From: Myxococcota bacterium
GTDB lineage: Bacteria > Myxococcota_A > UBA796 > CAJQPC01
Assembly (NCBI GenBank): GCA_036012755.1
Contig: DASCPX010000074.1
Location: forward strand, 1-36,137
Direction of reading: 5' to 3'
DNA: 36,137 bases
This document shows, one piece after another, positions 20,592 to 30,208 of the stretch. The position numbers and the translations under genes are program-made. The notes below the pieces were generated by a model. It made no database searches, was not told the origin of the DNA, and worked only from the letters and a program-made list of their open reading frames with translations. How positions within the stretch are numbered: the stretch's first letter is position 1; each line of letters begins with the position of its first letter.

Positions 20592-21989
20592 ATGATTGGG
20601 CTGTTGCTGGCCTGCTATGGCCTCGACAAGATCCCAGAACCGCCCGGATTGCCCGGTCGGCCCGACTCTGCCCCGGTCTTCGACGACAGCGAAGTCGACG
20701 AGGACTGCCTCGGCTCGAGCTTCGATCTCCTCGGCGGCGAGTGGCTGCTGCCTGCGGGCTTCCCCGACGGCGCCCTGACCACCTCCTGGGACACCTCGAC
20801 GGAGTCACCCAACTGGCGGCTGTTGGACATCGACGGCGACGACGCGATGGAGCTCGTCGTCACCTACTACGAAGGGCTCACGGGGGTCGGGACCAGTCGC
20901 TGGCTCGTCTACCACGACGACGGCACGGGCTTCACGACCACGGCGACGGACTGGGACCTTCCGACGGGCTTCCCGGAGAACACCTTCTACCTGGCCTACG
21001 ATGCCAGCACCGAGTCACCGAACTGGGGGCTCGTGGACCTCGACGGGGACGGGCTGTCCGAGCTGGTCGTCACCAGGTACGACGCCATCCCCGAGCTCGG
21101 GGACAGCGCCTGGCGCGTCTTCTCCAACACCGGCGTGGGCTTCAGCAGCTCGGGTGTGGACTGGGATCTGCCGACGGGCTTCCCGTCCGGGACCTTCCAC
21201 CAGGTCAGCGACCCCAGCAGCGCCAGCCCCAACTGGGTCCTCATGGACGTCGACGGCGACCTGGACCTGGACCTCGTCGGCACCGAGTACGAGGGCATCG
21301 AGGGTCTGGGCGACACGCGGTGGCTCACCTACGACAACTTGAGCCCCGGCTTCTCCGGCTCGGGGGACACGTGGTCGCTCCCGGAGGGCTTCGTGGCGGG
21401 GGAGTTCAGCACGGCCTACGACAGATCCACCGCCTCTCCGAACTGGGCCGTCGGCGACCTCACGGGGGACGGCACGCCGGAGCTCGTCGTCACCTGGTAC
21501 GAAGGCCTCGAAGGTGTCGGCAGCACCCAGTGGATGGTCTACCCCCCGAGCGATGAGGGCGGCTTCCAGGAGGTCAGCCAGTCCTGGCCTCTGCCCGAGG
21601 GCTACGCGGACGGGAGCTTCACCGACATCTGGAACCCCTATGGCGATGGCCTCGTCTGGTCCCTTCTCGACCTCGACGGTGACGGGGCCCTGGAGCTCTT
21701 CGTCCACACCGAGACCGCAAGCGGGAACAACGCGACCGTCGGCACTACGAAGTGGCTGATGCACGACAACACCGGCACCGGCTTCTCGAGCGCTCCGCGG
21801 AACTGGCTCCTGCCCAACGGCTACCCGGACCAGGCCTTCACCGGCCCGGCGGGCAATACCGGAGACGCCTGGTACACCCTCGCGGACCTCGACGGCGATA
21901 GCCTGGATGACCTCATCGTCACGTGGCGATCCGACCTCGAGGGGGTTGGCGGTTCGGTCTGGCTGCACTACCGGAACCTGTGCAGATAG
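20592..21989 (+). CDS. FG-GAP/VCBS-type repeat lipoprotein (6 repeats of ~70 aa)
   Basis: SD GGAGG and TAGAAT upstream; MIGLLLAC; six W-x-LP-x-G(F/Y)...W-x-L-x-D-x-(D/T)GD-x-x-x-(E/D)L units. Confidence 0.85.
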   Translation: MIGLLLACYGLDKIPEPPGLPGRPDSAPVFDDSEVDEDCLGSSFDLLGGEWLLPAGFPDGALTTSWDTSTESPNWRLLDIDGDDAMELVVTYYEGLTGVGTSRWLVYHDDGTGFTTTATDWDLPTGFPENTFYLAYDASTESPNWGLVDLDGDGLSELVVTRYDAIPELGDSAWRVFSNTGVGFSSSGVDWDLPTGFPSGTFHQVSDPSSASPNWVLMDVDGDLDLDLVGTEYEGIEGLGDTRWLTYDNLSPGFSGSGDTWSLPEGFVAGEFSTAYDRSTASPNWAVGDLTGDGTPELVVTWYEGLEGVGSTQWMVYPPSDEGGFQEVSQSWPLPEGYADGSFTDIWNPYGDGLVWSLLDLDGDGALELFVHTETASGNNATVGTTKWLMHDNTGTGFSSAPRNWLLPNGYPDQAFTGPAGNTGDAWYTLADLDGDSLDDLIVTWRSDLEGVGGSVWLHYRNLCR

Positions 21990-22339
21990 TCCTCCTGCTG
22001 GCTTGCGGTCCGAAGAGGCCCCCGTCTCCTCCCCTGGAGCGCGTGGTGCTCCCCTCCGATGCAGGGGAGGCGGTCATCTGGAAGCTGCACGGGGACCGGC
22101 AGCTGGCGGTGGATCTGCTGGGCCAGGAGGCGGTGACCAGCTGCGAGGAGCAGCTCGCTGTCGGCTATGACACCTGCGCGGTCCGCTTGCTCGACTGCGC
22201 GACGGTCATCCTCACGGCAGAGGTCGAGGCCGAGCTCACGGTCGTGCTCGACGCTGGCGGATGCCGGGGTTCGCTCGGCGAGGTGGAGTGGTTCGTCCTG
22301 GATGAAGAAAAGAGGCTCCCCCCACGGCGCGTGCCGTGA
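21980..22339 (+). CDS. Small hypothetical lipoprotein
   Basis: GTG 21980 overlapping the upstream stop gives (M)QIVLLLACGPK; stop overlaps next start (GTGA). Confidence 0.6.
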   Translation: MQIVLLLACGPKRPPSPPLERVVLPSDAGEAVIWKLHGDRQLAVDLLGQEAVTSCEEQLAVGYDTCAVRLLDCATVILTAEVEAELTVVLDAGGCRGSLGEVEWFVLDEEKRLPPRRVP

Positions 22340-23307
22340 TCCTGGTCACGGGAGCCACCGGCCAGATCGGCTCCCGCGTCGCCAAGGCACTCGCCGAGCG
22401 CGAAGAGGTGCGCTGCCTGGTCCGTGACCCCCAGCGCCTCGGCGCGCTCGACTTCGAGGTCGAGGTCGTCCCCGGAGACGTCACGGACGAGCACAGCCTC
22501 GGCGCTGCGGTCGCCGGCTGTAGGGCGGTGGTCCACTGCGCGGGGGTGGTGAGCTACTGGCAGAGGAAGGCCGCATGGCAGGAGGCCGTCAACGTCGGCG
22601 GCACGAAGAAGCTGCTGGACGCGGCGGCGGCTGCAGGCGTGGAGCGCTTCCTCCTGACCTCGTCGATCGCGGCCCTGGGCTACGTCGAGGGAGATGGGCT
22701 CGGAGACGAGACCACCCCCTTCAACCTGGCCGACGTGCCCTACTGCGCCACGAAGAGAGCAGCCCAGGACCTCGTCCTGGCGGAGACGCGGCTGGAGGGC
22801 TTCGCGGTGAACCCGGGCATCACCTTCGGGAGCCACGACCTCCACGTCAACGCCGGACGGATGTGCCTCCAGGTCCACGCGGGCGGCCCGCCCGGGGTGC
22901 CACCCGGAGCGACGACGGTGTCGGTGCTCGAGGACGTCGTGGCCGGTCACCTCGCGGCGCTGGACCGCGCAGAGCCAGGGAACGCCTATGTCCTCGGGGG
23001 TGCGACTCCCAGCTTCGTCGAGCTCTTCCAGGCGGTCGGCGAGGTCGTCGGCAAGCCGGCGCCGACCCGGGTCGCGCCCGAGTGGTTGATGAGAGCCTAT
23101 GGCGCCTGCCTCCTCGTCGGAGCGGCGTTCTCGGGCAAGGAGCCGCCGCTGACGCCGGCGCTGGCGAGGGTCTCGGCGAGGAACCGCCGCTACCTGAGCG
23201 CGAAGGCCCGCCGCGAGCTCGGCTACGAGCCGCGGTCGCTCTCGGATGGCATCTCAGCCTGCTGGCGCTGGTACCTCGAGCAGGGCTACGTGTCGGGGAC
23301 GGCGTAG
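22336..23307 (+). CDS. NAD-dependent epimerase/dehydratase (dihydroflavonol reductase/HpnA-like)
   Basis: ILVTGATGQIG, VVHCAG, NVGGT, TSSIAALG, YCATK catalytic motif, VNPG. Confidence 0.88.
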   Translation: MILVTGATGQIGSRVAKALAEREEVRCLVRDPQRLGALDFEVEVVPGDVTDEHSLGAAVAGCRAVVHCAGVVSYWQRKAAWQEAVNVGGTKKLLDAAAAAGVERFLLTSSIAALGYVEGDGLGDETTPFNLADVPYCATKRAAQDLVLAETRLEGFAVNPGITFGSHDLHVNAGRMCLQVHAGGPPGVPPGATTVSVLEDVVAGHLAALDRAEPGNAYVLGGATPSFVELFQAVGEVVGKPAPTRVAPEWLMRAYGACLLVGAAFSGKEPPLTPALARVSARNRRYLSAKARRELGYEPRSLSDGISACWRWYLEQGYVSGTA

Positions 23308-24260
23308 GTCCCGGCCGCGACGCCGGGTACCACCCACGCTCGCTCGGGCAGGGAGACGACGAAGCCGGAGTTCTTGGCCTCGACGTGCTCCAGGACCCGG
23401 CCCTCCAGCGTGCGGACCTCGGCCATCGGCTGCCCGGGCTCGAAGGCCCCTCCGGGCTGGAGCAGGGCGTGAAACACCCCGGCATGACCCATGCGCGGGC
23501 CGGACTCGCGACGCCAGGGACCATCGGGGAGCCGAGAGGGGTGGGCCCCTGCCGGGAGCCCGCAGAGCCCCATCTCGGTGAGCACGCCCAGGGCCGCTTC
23601 GGTGGCGAGGCTGACCGCATCCGGGGCGAGGTAGAGGCGCGGGCCCGACTCGATGGTCACCGCCGGGATGCCCATCTCGTTGGTGACCGCACCGGAGAGC
23701 GACTGGTCGAGGTGGTACTTCAGGTAGCGGTCGTCGGGGTACTCGTGGAGCACCGTGAGCCCGGTCGCCGCGGCGAGGCTCCTGCTGCGTCGCTCGAGGG
23801 CCTTGCGCTTGCGGGCGGTGCCGCGCACGACCCGGTCCACGATCGCGTAGGGGATGCTGGCTGGCGCGTCGGCGTGCAGGTCGATGAGCACGTCGGGGTG
23901 GCGCGCGCAGAGGTCGCCCCAGAGCACGTGGGCGAGCCGCTCCGCTGGACCGCCGCGTGCATCGCCTGGCCAGACCCGGTTGAGGTCCCGACCGTCCGCC
24001 GGCACGCTGCGGCAGCGCTGGATGAGACCCTCCGGGTTGAGGCTCGGGTAGAGCTGCACCGTGCCGCGCAGCATCAGGCGCTCCAGGCGTCCTGCCAGCT
24101 CGTGGACGACACCGACCCCAGTGGCCTCGTCGCCGTGCACGTTTGCCGTGATCGCGACGGTCGGGCCCGCCTTCGGGGCCGTGTAGGTCAGCACAGGGAC
24201 CTCTCGCGGACCTCGACCCGTGCTGCTCGGGATCTTCAGGAAGGCGAGGGACTGAGGCAT
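23286..24260 (-). CDS. Succinylglutamate desuccinylase/aspartoacylase (M14-like) family protein
   Basis: ANVHGDE, DLNRVWPG, LIDLH, VTIESG and C-terminal biotinyl-like segment. Confidence 0.88.
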   Translation of the reverse strand: MPQSLAFLKIPSSTGRGPREVPVLTYTAPKAGPTVAITANVHGDEATGVGVVHELAGRLERLMLRGTVQLYPSLNPEGLIQRCRSVPADGRDLNRVWPGDARGGPAERLAHVLWGDLCARHPDVLIDLHADAPASIPYAIVDRVVRGTARKRKALERRSRSLAAATGLTVLHEYPDDRYLKYHLDQSLSGAVTNEMGIPAVTIESGPRLYLAPDAVSLATEAALGVLTEMGLCGLPAGAHPSRLPDGPWRRESGPRMGHAGVFHALLQPGGAFEPGQPMAEVRTLEGRVLEHVEAKNSGFVVSLPERAWVVPGVAAGTYAVPDT

Positions 24261-24262
24261 TC

Positions 24263-25477
24263 TCAGAGCGCTCTATACACTGCGAACTTGAGGTAGCGGC
24301 CCTCGGGGAAGCTCGCGAGCGCGGGGTGGTCCGCGGCCTGGCCGCCGTCGTACAAGAGCTGGAGTTGCCGCCCGGCCTTTCGAGCCCCCTGCCGGCAGGA
24401 GGTGTGGAAGTCCTTCGGGCTGACCTCGCCGAGGTTCAGGGCCGCGATGAGCCAGCCACCCGGCTCCAGGACCCGCACGCAGGCGGCGACCATGCGCGCG
24501 TAGTCCTTCTTCGCAGACCACGGGCCGGCGGGGCCGTGGCTGAAGCTCGGTGGGTCGAGCACCACGCGTCCGAAGCGCTCGCCCTGACGGCGCAGGCGAT
24601 CGAGGACGCGGCGCACGTCTTCTGGCAGGAAGGTGTGGTCCCCGGGGTCCAGATCGTTGGCCGCGAAGTTCGCCTCTGCGCGGTCGAGGAAGGCCTCTGA
24701 GAGGTCGACGCTGACGACCTCTGTGGCCCCGTGGAGCGCAGCGCACACCGAGAACATGCCCGTGTGGGCGAAGAGGTTCAGCACGCGAGCACCGCCCCAG
24801 TGAGGCTCGAGCCACGCCCTGTTGTCCCGCATGTCCGTGAACAGGCCGATGTCCTTTCCTGCGCCGGGGTCGACGAGGCAGGCGACGCCCCTCTCGGTGA
24901 CGCGGACCGGGCTGGTCGGTGCGTGGCCGCGGAGGAGCTGGTCGGCGAGGTCGCCCGCCCGGGTCTCTCGTGGGTCGGGGCGCCACGCGAGGAAGATGCC
25001 GCGGGGCGAGAGGCGGTCCGAGAGCCAGTCGGCGACGACCTCGGCGAGCCCGCGCAGCGAGGGACTGTCGAGGGTGATCGCCGCGAAGTGGCCGTAGATG
25101 TCGACCCGGATGCCCGGGAGGCCGTCGTTCTCGGCGTTCGCGAGGCGGTAGGCGGTGGTGGCGGGATCGATGAGCGCGTCGCGCAGGGCGCGGGCCTTGT
25201 CCAGGTACTCACCGATCAAGGCGGCGTCGATCGGGCCCATCTCCTCGCGGAAGCGGCGCACGGCGATCCAGCCCTCGTCCCAGATCCCGGCGCCCAGCGG
25301 TTGACCTGAGCGCGCACGGATCGCCACGGACATCCCGGGCTTCAAGCGCTTCGGGCGTCGGGTGACCTCTTTGGGGTAGACCCAGCAGAATCCCTGGCGC
25401 AGCCACTGCTCGGAGTAGCCGTCGACTACGACGGCGTCGTCGGTTCCTGGTCTGGGCTTGGTGTAGGGTCGGGCCAT
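24263..25477 (-). CDS. rlmI: Class I SAM-dependent rRNA methyltransferase, RlmI/RlmK family
   Basis: N-terminal PUA-like G-x-x-WVY, YRLANAENDGLPG-x-x-VD-x-Y, GLFTDMRDNR, VLNLFAHTG, VVLDPPSF, FPEGRYLK. Confidence 0.85.
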   Translation of the reverse strand: MARPYTKPRPGTDDAVVVDGYSEQWLRQGFCWVYPKEVTRRPKRLKPGMSVAIRARSGQPLGAGIWDEGWIAVRRFREEMGPIDAALIGEYLDKARALRDALIDPATTAYRLANAENDGLPGIRVDIYGHFAAITLDSPSLRGLAEVVADWLSDRLSPRGIFLAWRPDPRETRAGDLADQLLRGHAPTSPVRVTERGVACLVDPGAGKDIGLFTDMRDNRAWLEPHWGGARVLNLFAHTGMFSVCAALHGATEVVSVDLSEAFLDRAEANFAANDLDPGDHTFLPEDVRRVLDRLRRQGERFGRVVLDPPSFSHGPAGPWSAKKDYARMVAACVRVLEPGGWLIAALNLGEVSPKDFHTSCRQGARKAGRQLQLLYDGGQAADHPALASFPEGRYLKFAVYRAL

Positions 25478-26795
25478 GGAGAGTGCCGGCAGCGCCTTGG
25501 ACCGAACCGGGCTGCAGGTTGACTTCTACCTGCTCGTGCTGTGCGCCGTCTATCACGCGGACGGTCTGTGGGGAGAGGCCACCTTCGACCTGTACCCGCG
25601 CTCCCTCCCAGAGGGCGGCGGGTATCTCGTCGCGGCGGGCATCCACGAGGCGGTCGACGCCGTGCGCTCTATGCGCTTCTCAGAGGCGGACATCGAGTGG
25701 CTGCGTGGACAGCGAGCCTTCAAGGACGCGGGCGCTGGCTTCTGGTCGAGCCTGGAGTACTTCCAGTTCCAGGGGGACATCGACGCCGTGCCTGAGGGCA
25801 CGATCGTCTTCCCCGACGAGCCGATCTTGCGCGTGACGGCGCCGCTGTTCTCGGCGACGCTCGCCCAGACCCTGCTCTTGCAGATGGTCGGCCACGCCAC
25901 CGCGGTCGCGACCAGGGCCGCGCGCATGGTCGACCTGGCCGGGGAGCGCCGCTGCTACGAGTTCGGCAGCCGTCGCATGCCGGGGCCCGAGAGCGCGCTC
26001 CTGGCCGCCCGCGCGGCCTACGTCGGGGGCTTCTACGCCACCAGCAACGCCCTGGCTGCCGCAGAGCTCGACATCCCGGCGATGGGCACGCTGTCCAAGG
26101 GCTTCTTCGCGGCCTACGGCGCAGATGATCGGGCGCTGGAGGCCTTCAGCGTGCACTTCCCGGACGTGGGCTTCGTGAACCTCCCGCCGGGACCGGCCTT
26201 CGAGGCCGTCCGGCGCCTGGAGCCCTACAAGAAGGTGCTCCGCATCGTGCGCGTGGACAGCGACAACCTGGAGAGCGAAGCGCGAAAGGTGCGCCAGGCG
26301 CTGAATCGGCTGGAGATGGAGGAGGTGCTGCTGCTCGGATCGGGGAGCCTCGACGAGGCCGCCATCGCGCGGCTCTCGAGGAACAACGCTCCCCTCGATC
26401 TGCTCGGTGTGGGCAAGCAGCTCGTGCGGGGGCTCGACGGCACCAGCGTGGTCTATCGGCTCTCCGAGATCTGGCGTGGCACGGACCCGGAGCCCGCGCT
26501 CCACGAGGGGGCGGCGAAGTACCCGGGTCGAAAGCAGATCATGCGCTTCTCCGACCACGACGTGCTCTGTCTCGCCGACGAGCAACCGGAGCAGGAGCTC
26601 GCAGGGGGCCGAGGGCTGCTGACCCCGCTGATCGAGCGCGGCGAGCGCCTTGCGGACGTGCCCCATCCCAGCACCTCGCGGGCCTTGTGCCGGGCTGGTC
26701 TCGAGGCCTTGCCGGAGGGTGTGCGCGCGTGGCCCTGCACGAAGACCTGGCCGCTGCAGCTCACCGACCGTCTCTCGGCGCTGTCACTGGGATAG
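25476..26795 (+). CDS. pncB: Nicotinate phosphoribosyltransferase homologue (divergent active site)
   Basis: ATFDLY-x-R-x-LP, VPEGTIVFPDEPILRV, ATRAAR, EFGSRR, AARAAYVGG..ATSN, VRVDS, GVG, PGRKQ. Canonical GT-x-AH is GTLSK here. Alternative TTG start at 25497. Confidence 0.8.
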   Translation: MESAGSALDRTGLQVDFYLLVLCAVYHADGLWGEATFDLYPRSLPEGGGYLVAAGIHEAVDAVRSMRFSEADIEWLRGQRAFKDAGAGFWSSLEYFQFQGDIDAVPEGTIVFPDEPILRVTAPLFSATLAQTLLLQMVGHATAVATRAARMVDLAGERRCYEFGSRRMPGPESALLAARAAYVGGFYATSNALAAAELDIPAMGTLSKGFFAAYGADDRALEAFSVHFPDVGFVNLPPGPAFEAVRRLEPYKKVLRIVRVDSDNLESEARKVRQALNRLEMEEVLLLGSGSLDEAAIARLSRNNAPLDLLGVGKQLVRGLDGTSVVYRLSEIWRGTDPEPALHEGAAKYPGRKQIMRFSDHDVLCLADEQPEQELAGGRGLLTPLIERGERLADVPHPSTSRALCRAGLEALPEGVRAWPCTKTWPLQLTDRLSALSLG

Positions 26796-27965
26796 CCAGC
26801 CCAGCGTCCTCGGGAGCCGCTCCACCTCCTGGAGCGTGGCGATCAGCGTCGGATCCGACTCGGCCCGGTGAGGGGAGACGAACTCCCAGACGATGGCCCC
26901 GGTGCGGTCGACCTCGAAGGCCCGCCCGCGGTCCGTCTCGGTGATCAGCGTGTTGCCGTTCGGCAGGCGCTGTGCGGCCCCGCAGGTCGCCGAGAAGAAG
27001 GGGGTCTCGGTGCTGCCAGAGTAGCTCCAGCCGATGGACTGGTCCCTGACGTCCAACTCCACCACCCGGCTCTCGCGGACGGTGGTCTTCTTGTAGTTCC
27101 AACGAGGGCCTCGGTTGTCGTAGACGAGCAGGGTGTGTGGGCCGATGACGCTCGGGTCGTGCTGGCCGATGGTGTCACCGCGGGCGATCCAGACCAGCTC
27201 CTCCGAGTCAGGGTCCAAGACAGCCACGGCGTCGAGGTGGCGAAAGGACAACAGCATGTTGCCAGCGCGGAACGCCGGGTGGTCGACGCTGTCGTCCAGC
27301 ACGCGAATCGAGTTCGTGTGGAGTACATCGGGGTCGTCGACGTAGTGCTCGGTGAGGTCGGTCTTGTCGACGACGTCCAACAGCGACAGCTCACGCAAGA
27401 CCTCGCCCTCGCTGCTGAGCCAGGTGATGTGGTCGTCCGCGCGCCAGGTCCCGCCGTGGGAGCGCGGCCTTCGAGTCAGGGTCACGATCGTGCCGTCGTC
27501 GAGCACCTCGATGTCGTGGTGCTGTCGGCCCTTGTGTCGCCAGACCACCTCGCTGTTGCGGTCGAGCTTGACCAGCCCCTTGCCTTCGAAGACAGCCAGC
27601 AGCGAGCCGTCGTCGAGGAGGTGAGCCCGCCGCCACCAATGGAACTCGCTGGCGTCTTTTTTGGGGGCGCCGAAGACCTCTGCGTAGGACTTCGCCCACC
27701 GATGCAGCACGGTCCCGTTCATGTCCATCAGCGTGGCCTCTGGAGCGTGGCCACTCGTGTACAGATTCAGCCCGGCATGAGCCGCGGGGCTGTTCACCGT
27801 GACTCCGCTCTTCTGCGAGGCCACTTCGACGCCGTCGAGGTAGCCGATGGCCTCCAGTTGTGCCCACATGTCGGCGTCGGGGGCCGCCTTGTAGCGACCG
27901 AGTGGCTCCTCTGCGAAGGTGAGTCCACACAGACCAAGGGCGACCGCGACGGTGATTCGTGACAT
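26784..27965 (-). CDS. Arylsulfotransferase (ASST) family secreted protein
   Basis: Signal peptide MSRITVAVALGLCGLTFA; HHD, DVLHTNSI, GQHD, YDN, GAAQRLPNGNTLITET...GRAFEV...IVWEF. Confidence 0.88.
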   Translation of the reverse strand: MSRITVAVALGLCGLTFAEEPLGRYKAAPDADMWAQLEAIGYLDGVEVASQKSGVTVNSPAAHAGLNLYTSGHAPEATLMDMNGTVLHRWAKSYAEVFGAPKKDASEFHWWRRAHLLDDGSLLAVFEGKGLVKLDRNSEVVWRHKGRQHHDIEVLDDGTIVTLTRRPRSHGGTWRADDHITWLSSEGEVLRELSLLDVVDKTDLTEHYVDDPDVLHTNSIRVLDDSVDHPAFRAGNMLLSFRHLDAVAVLDPDSEELVWIARGDTIGQHDPSVIGPHTLLVYDNRGPRWNYKKTTVRESRVVELDVRDQSIGWSYSGSTETPFFSATCGAAQRLPNGNTLITETDRGRAFEVDRTGAIVWEFVSPHRAESDPTLIATLQEVERLPRTLGWLSQ

Positions 27966-28088
27966 GAATGGGATCTACCAGTCACCCCGCGTGAAATCGG
28001 TGTCCCCCGAGTGTCACCCCGGTTTCGTGAAATCGCGCGGACATCGCGTCGGGGGAGACCTTGCCGTAGAAATGGAGTCGGAGAGATC

Positions 28089-30194
28089 ATGTCCCGAAGC
28101 CATCTGTGTCTGATCGTTGGAACGACCGTGGTCGTCGTCTTCGCCTTCGTCAACGCCGCCGGGCTGTTCGCGACGAGCGTCGACGACGCCTACATCAGCC
28201 TGCGCTACGCCTGGAACCTGGTGGATGGAAACGGGCTGGTGTGGAACCCCGGCGAGTACGTCGAGGGGTTCTCGAACCCGGTCTTCACGCTCTTGTGCGC
28301 GCTGCCGATCTGGCTGGGAATGGACGGCCTCCTCGGCGCCAAGCTCATCGGCCTGGCCGGCCTTGGGCTGATGATCGTCGGTGTGGTCGGCGCGGCCTTC
28401 GAGCTGGCGCTGCCGAAGCGCTTCGAGGAGTCGCTGGCGCTGGTCATCGGGGCGGGGGTGCTGGCGGTGAGCCTGCCGGGGGTGATGTGGGCTACCGGTG
28501 GCCTCGAAGGCACGCAGTACGCGGCCTGCCTGGCGCTGGCCACCTGGCTGTTGTTGCGCGAGGAGCGCCTCGGCGGCCTGCCCGTGAGCGCGCTCGTCGC
28601 GGGCCTCGCCGCCATCTCGCGACCAGAGGCGCCGCTGTTGGTCCTGGGCCTCGTCGCCTACCGCGGGTGGATCGCACTCCGGCAGCGGCAGGTCCCGACG
28701 CGCTGGCTCGCCACCTTCGCCGTGCCGACCGTGGGCTACCTGCTCTTCAGGCTGGCCTACTACGGGACGCTGCTCCCCAACACCACCTGGCGAAAGGTCC
28801 ACCGGGGCTGGGACTTCGCGGTGTTCTGGGACTACATCGGGGGCTGGGTCGGGCTCGAGTGGCCGCTGTTGATCGGTGGCATCGTCGGGCTCGCCCTGCT
28901 CCGCAAGCGCGCCCTGGTGGTCGCCTGGATGGTTGTCGCCCAGTTCGCCTTCCTCTACGGGGTCGGGACGGACTGGATGGAGGGCTGGCGCTTCGTGCTG
29001 CCGGCCATTCCGGGGCTGGCCATCGGCCTCGCCGCTGGCGCCGCCGTGCTGGCTCGAGAGCGGGTCTGGGCCCAGGCCGCCGTGGCTGGGATCGTGGCAG
29101 CCGTAGGCATCGCGTCGGTCGGCATGGAGCAGGCTCGGAACCTCGACGTGGTCATGCGGGCCGACGAGCACCGGGCGCCCCAGAGCCTCTCCGAGAGCTG
29201 GGAGGGCTCGATGAGCTACGCCCTGGCGGGCCTCGCAGAGGTCGTTCCTCCTGGCGCGTCGGTGGCCTACACCGAGATCGGCATCGTCGGCTACGCCACC
29301 GACTGGGAGGTCGTCGATCTCGCCGGGCTCACCAGTCGCGAGGTCGCCGGGGCCACCGGCATGGACCTCGACGAGGTCGTCGCCTGGCTCGGAGAGGAGC
29401 AGCCCGACGTCATCGTGCTCAAGGAGCGCGGGTGGGAGCTCCTCGGTGCGATCCGAGGCGCCGACTGGCTCGCCGAGCACTACACAGAGGTGGACGCCGA
29501 GCTGGCCGGCATCAGGGTGTACCGGCGTCGCGATGTGCCCGCGCCGAGCTGGGACCAGCAGCTCGAGACCCTGGCCACGGCTGTCGAGCGCGCGCCGCGC
29601 TTCAAGCTCCTCCACCAGCGCCGCGTACGCATTGCGCTCAAGCACGGCAGCCCGGAGCAGCTGCAGGCCGCCTGCGACGAGCTCGGTGGTGCCTTGCCGT
29701 CGCTGGAGCTGGACTCCTGTCGCGCCGCGTCCCGTCCGGTCGCCAGGGTGCGTCCCATGGTCCCGATCGTGGGCTCAGCCCAGGCATCCGAGCCTGTCGC
29801 CGAGACCTCCGCGATCGAGTGGGTCGTCAGCGGTGAGGGGGCGGCCACGATCGAGGAGGACAGCGTGTCGCTCGCCGCCGCGGGTGGGCCCTACAGGGTC
29901 TGCGAGGCCGGTCGGTCAGCGATCCTCGGGCCCGTACAGGTGGTCGGTCAGGTCCGCAGCGAGGAAGTCAGCCGCGAGCGCATGGGGGCCCAGGTTCAGC
30001 TGCGGTGGTTCGACGACAAGGGTGTCTACATCGACGGCACCATGGACGTCGCCCACCAGGCCGTCGGGACGGAGGAGTGGACCCGCATCGACGCCACCTT
30101 CGATCCCCCCGAGGGGGCCAGGAAGGTGAGGCTCTGTCTCGAGTTCGGCGCGGAGACCGGCCGCATGGAGACCCGCGGCGTTCGGCGGATCTGA
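28089..30194 (+). CDS. GT-C-type polytopic membrane glycosyltransferase-like protein with C-terminal carbohydrate-binding-like domain
   Basis: DDAYISLRYAWNL..G.GLVWNPGEYVEGFSNP, GLEG, RPEA, RLAYYG.LLPNT..K, DWM..WRF..P, D-x-x-GL; C-terminal GTEEWTRI...PEGARKVRL. Confidence 0.8.
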   Translation: MSRSHLCLIVGTTVVVVFAFVNAAGLFATSVDDAYISLRYAWNLVDGNGLVWNPGEYVEGFSNPVFTLLCALPIWLGMDGLLGAKLIGLAGLGLMIVGVVGAAFELALPKRFEESLALVIGAGVLAVSLPGVMWATGGLEGTQYAACLALATWLLLREERLGGLPVSALVAGLAAISRPEAPLLVLGLVAYRGWIALRQRQVPTRWLATFAVPTVGYLLFRLAYYGTLLPNTTWRKVHRGWDFAVFWDYIGGWVGLEWPLLIGGIVGLALLRKRALVVAWMVVAQFAFLYGVGTDWMEGWRFVLPAIPGLAIGLAAGAAVLARERVWAQAAVAGIVAAVGIASVGMEQARNLDVVMRADEHRAPQSLSESWEGSMSYALAGLAEVVPPGASVAYTEIGIVGYATDWEVVDLAGLTSREVAGATGMDLDEVVAWLGEEQPDVIVLKERGWELLGAIRGADWLAEHYTEVDAELAGIRVYRRRDVPAPSWDQQLETLATAVERAPRFKLLHQRRVRIALKHGSPEQLQAACDELGGALPSLELDSCRAASRPVARVRPMVPIVGSAQASEPVAETSAIEWVVSGEGAATIEEDSVSLAAAGGPYRVCEAGRSAILGPVQVVGQVRSEEVSRERMGAQVQLRWFDDKGVYIDGTMDVAHQAVGTEEWTRIDATFDPPEGARKVRLCLEFGAETGRMETRGVRRI

Positions 30195-30208
30195 CTGCTC
30201 GATCGGTG

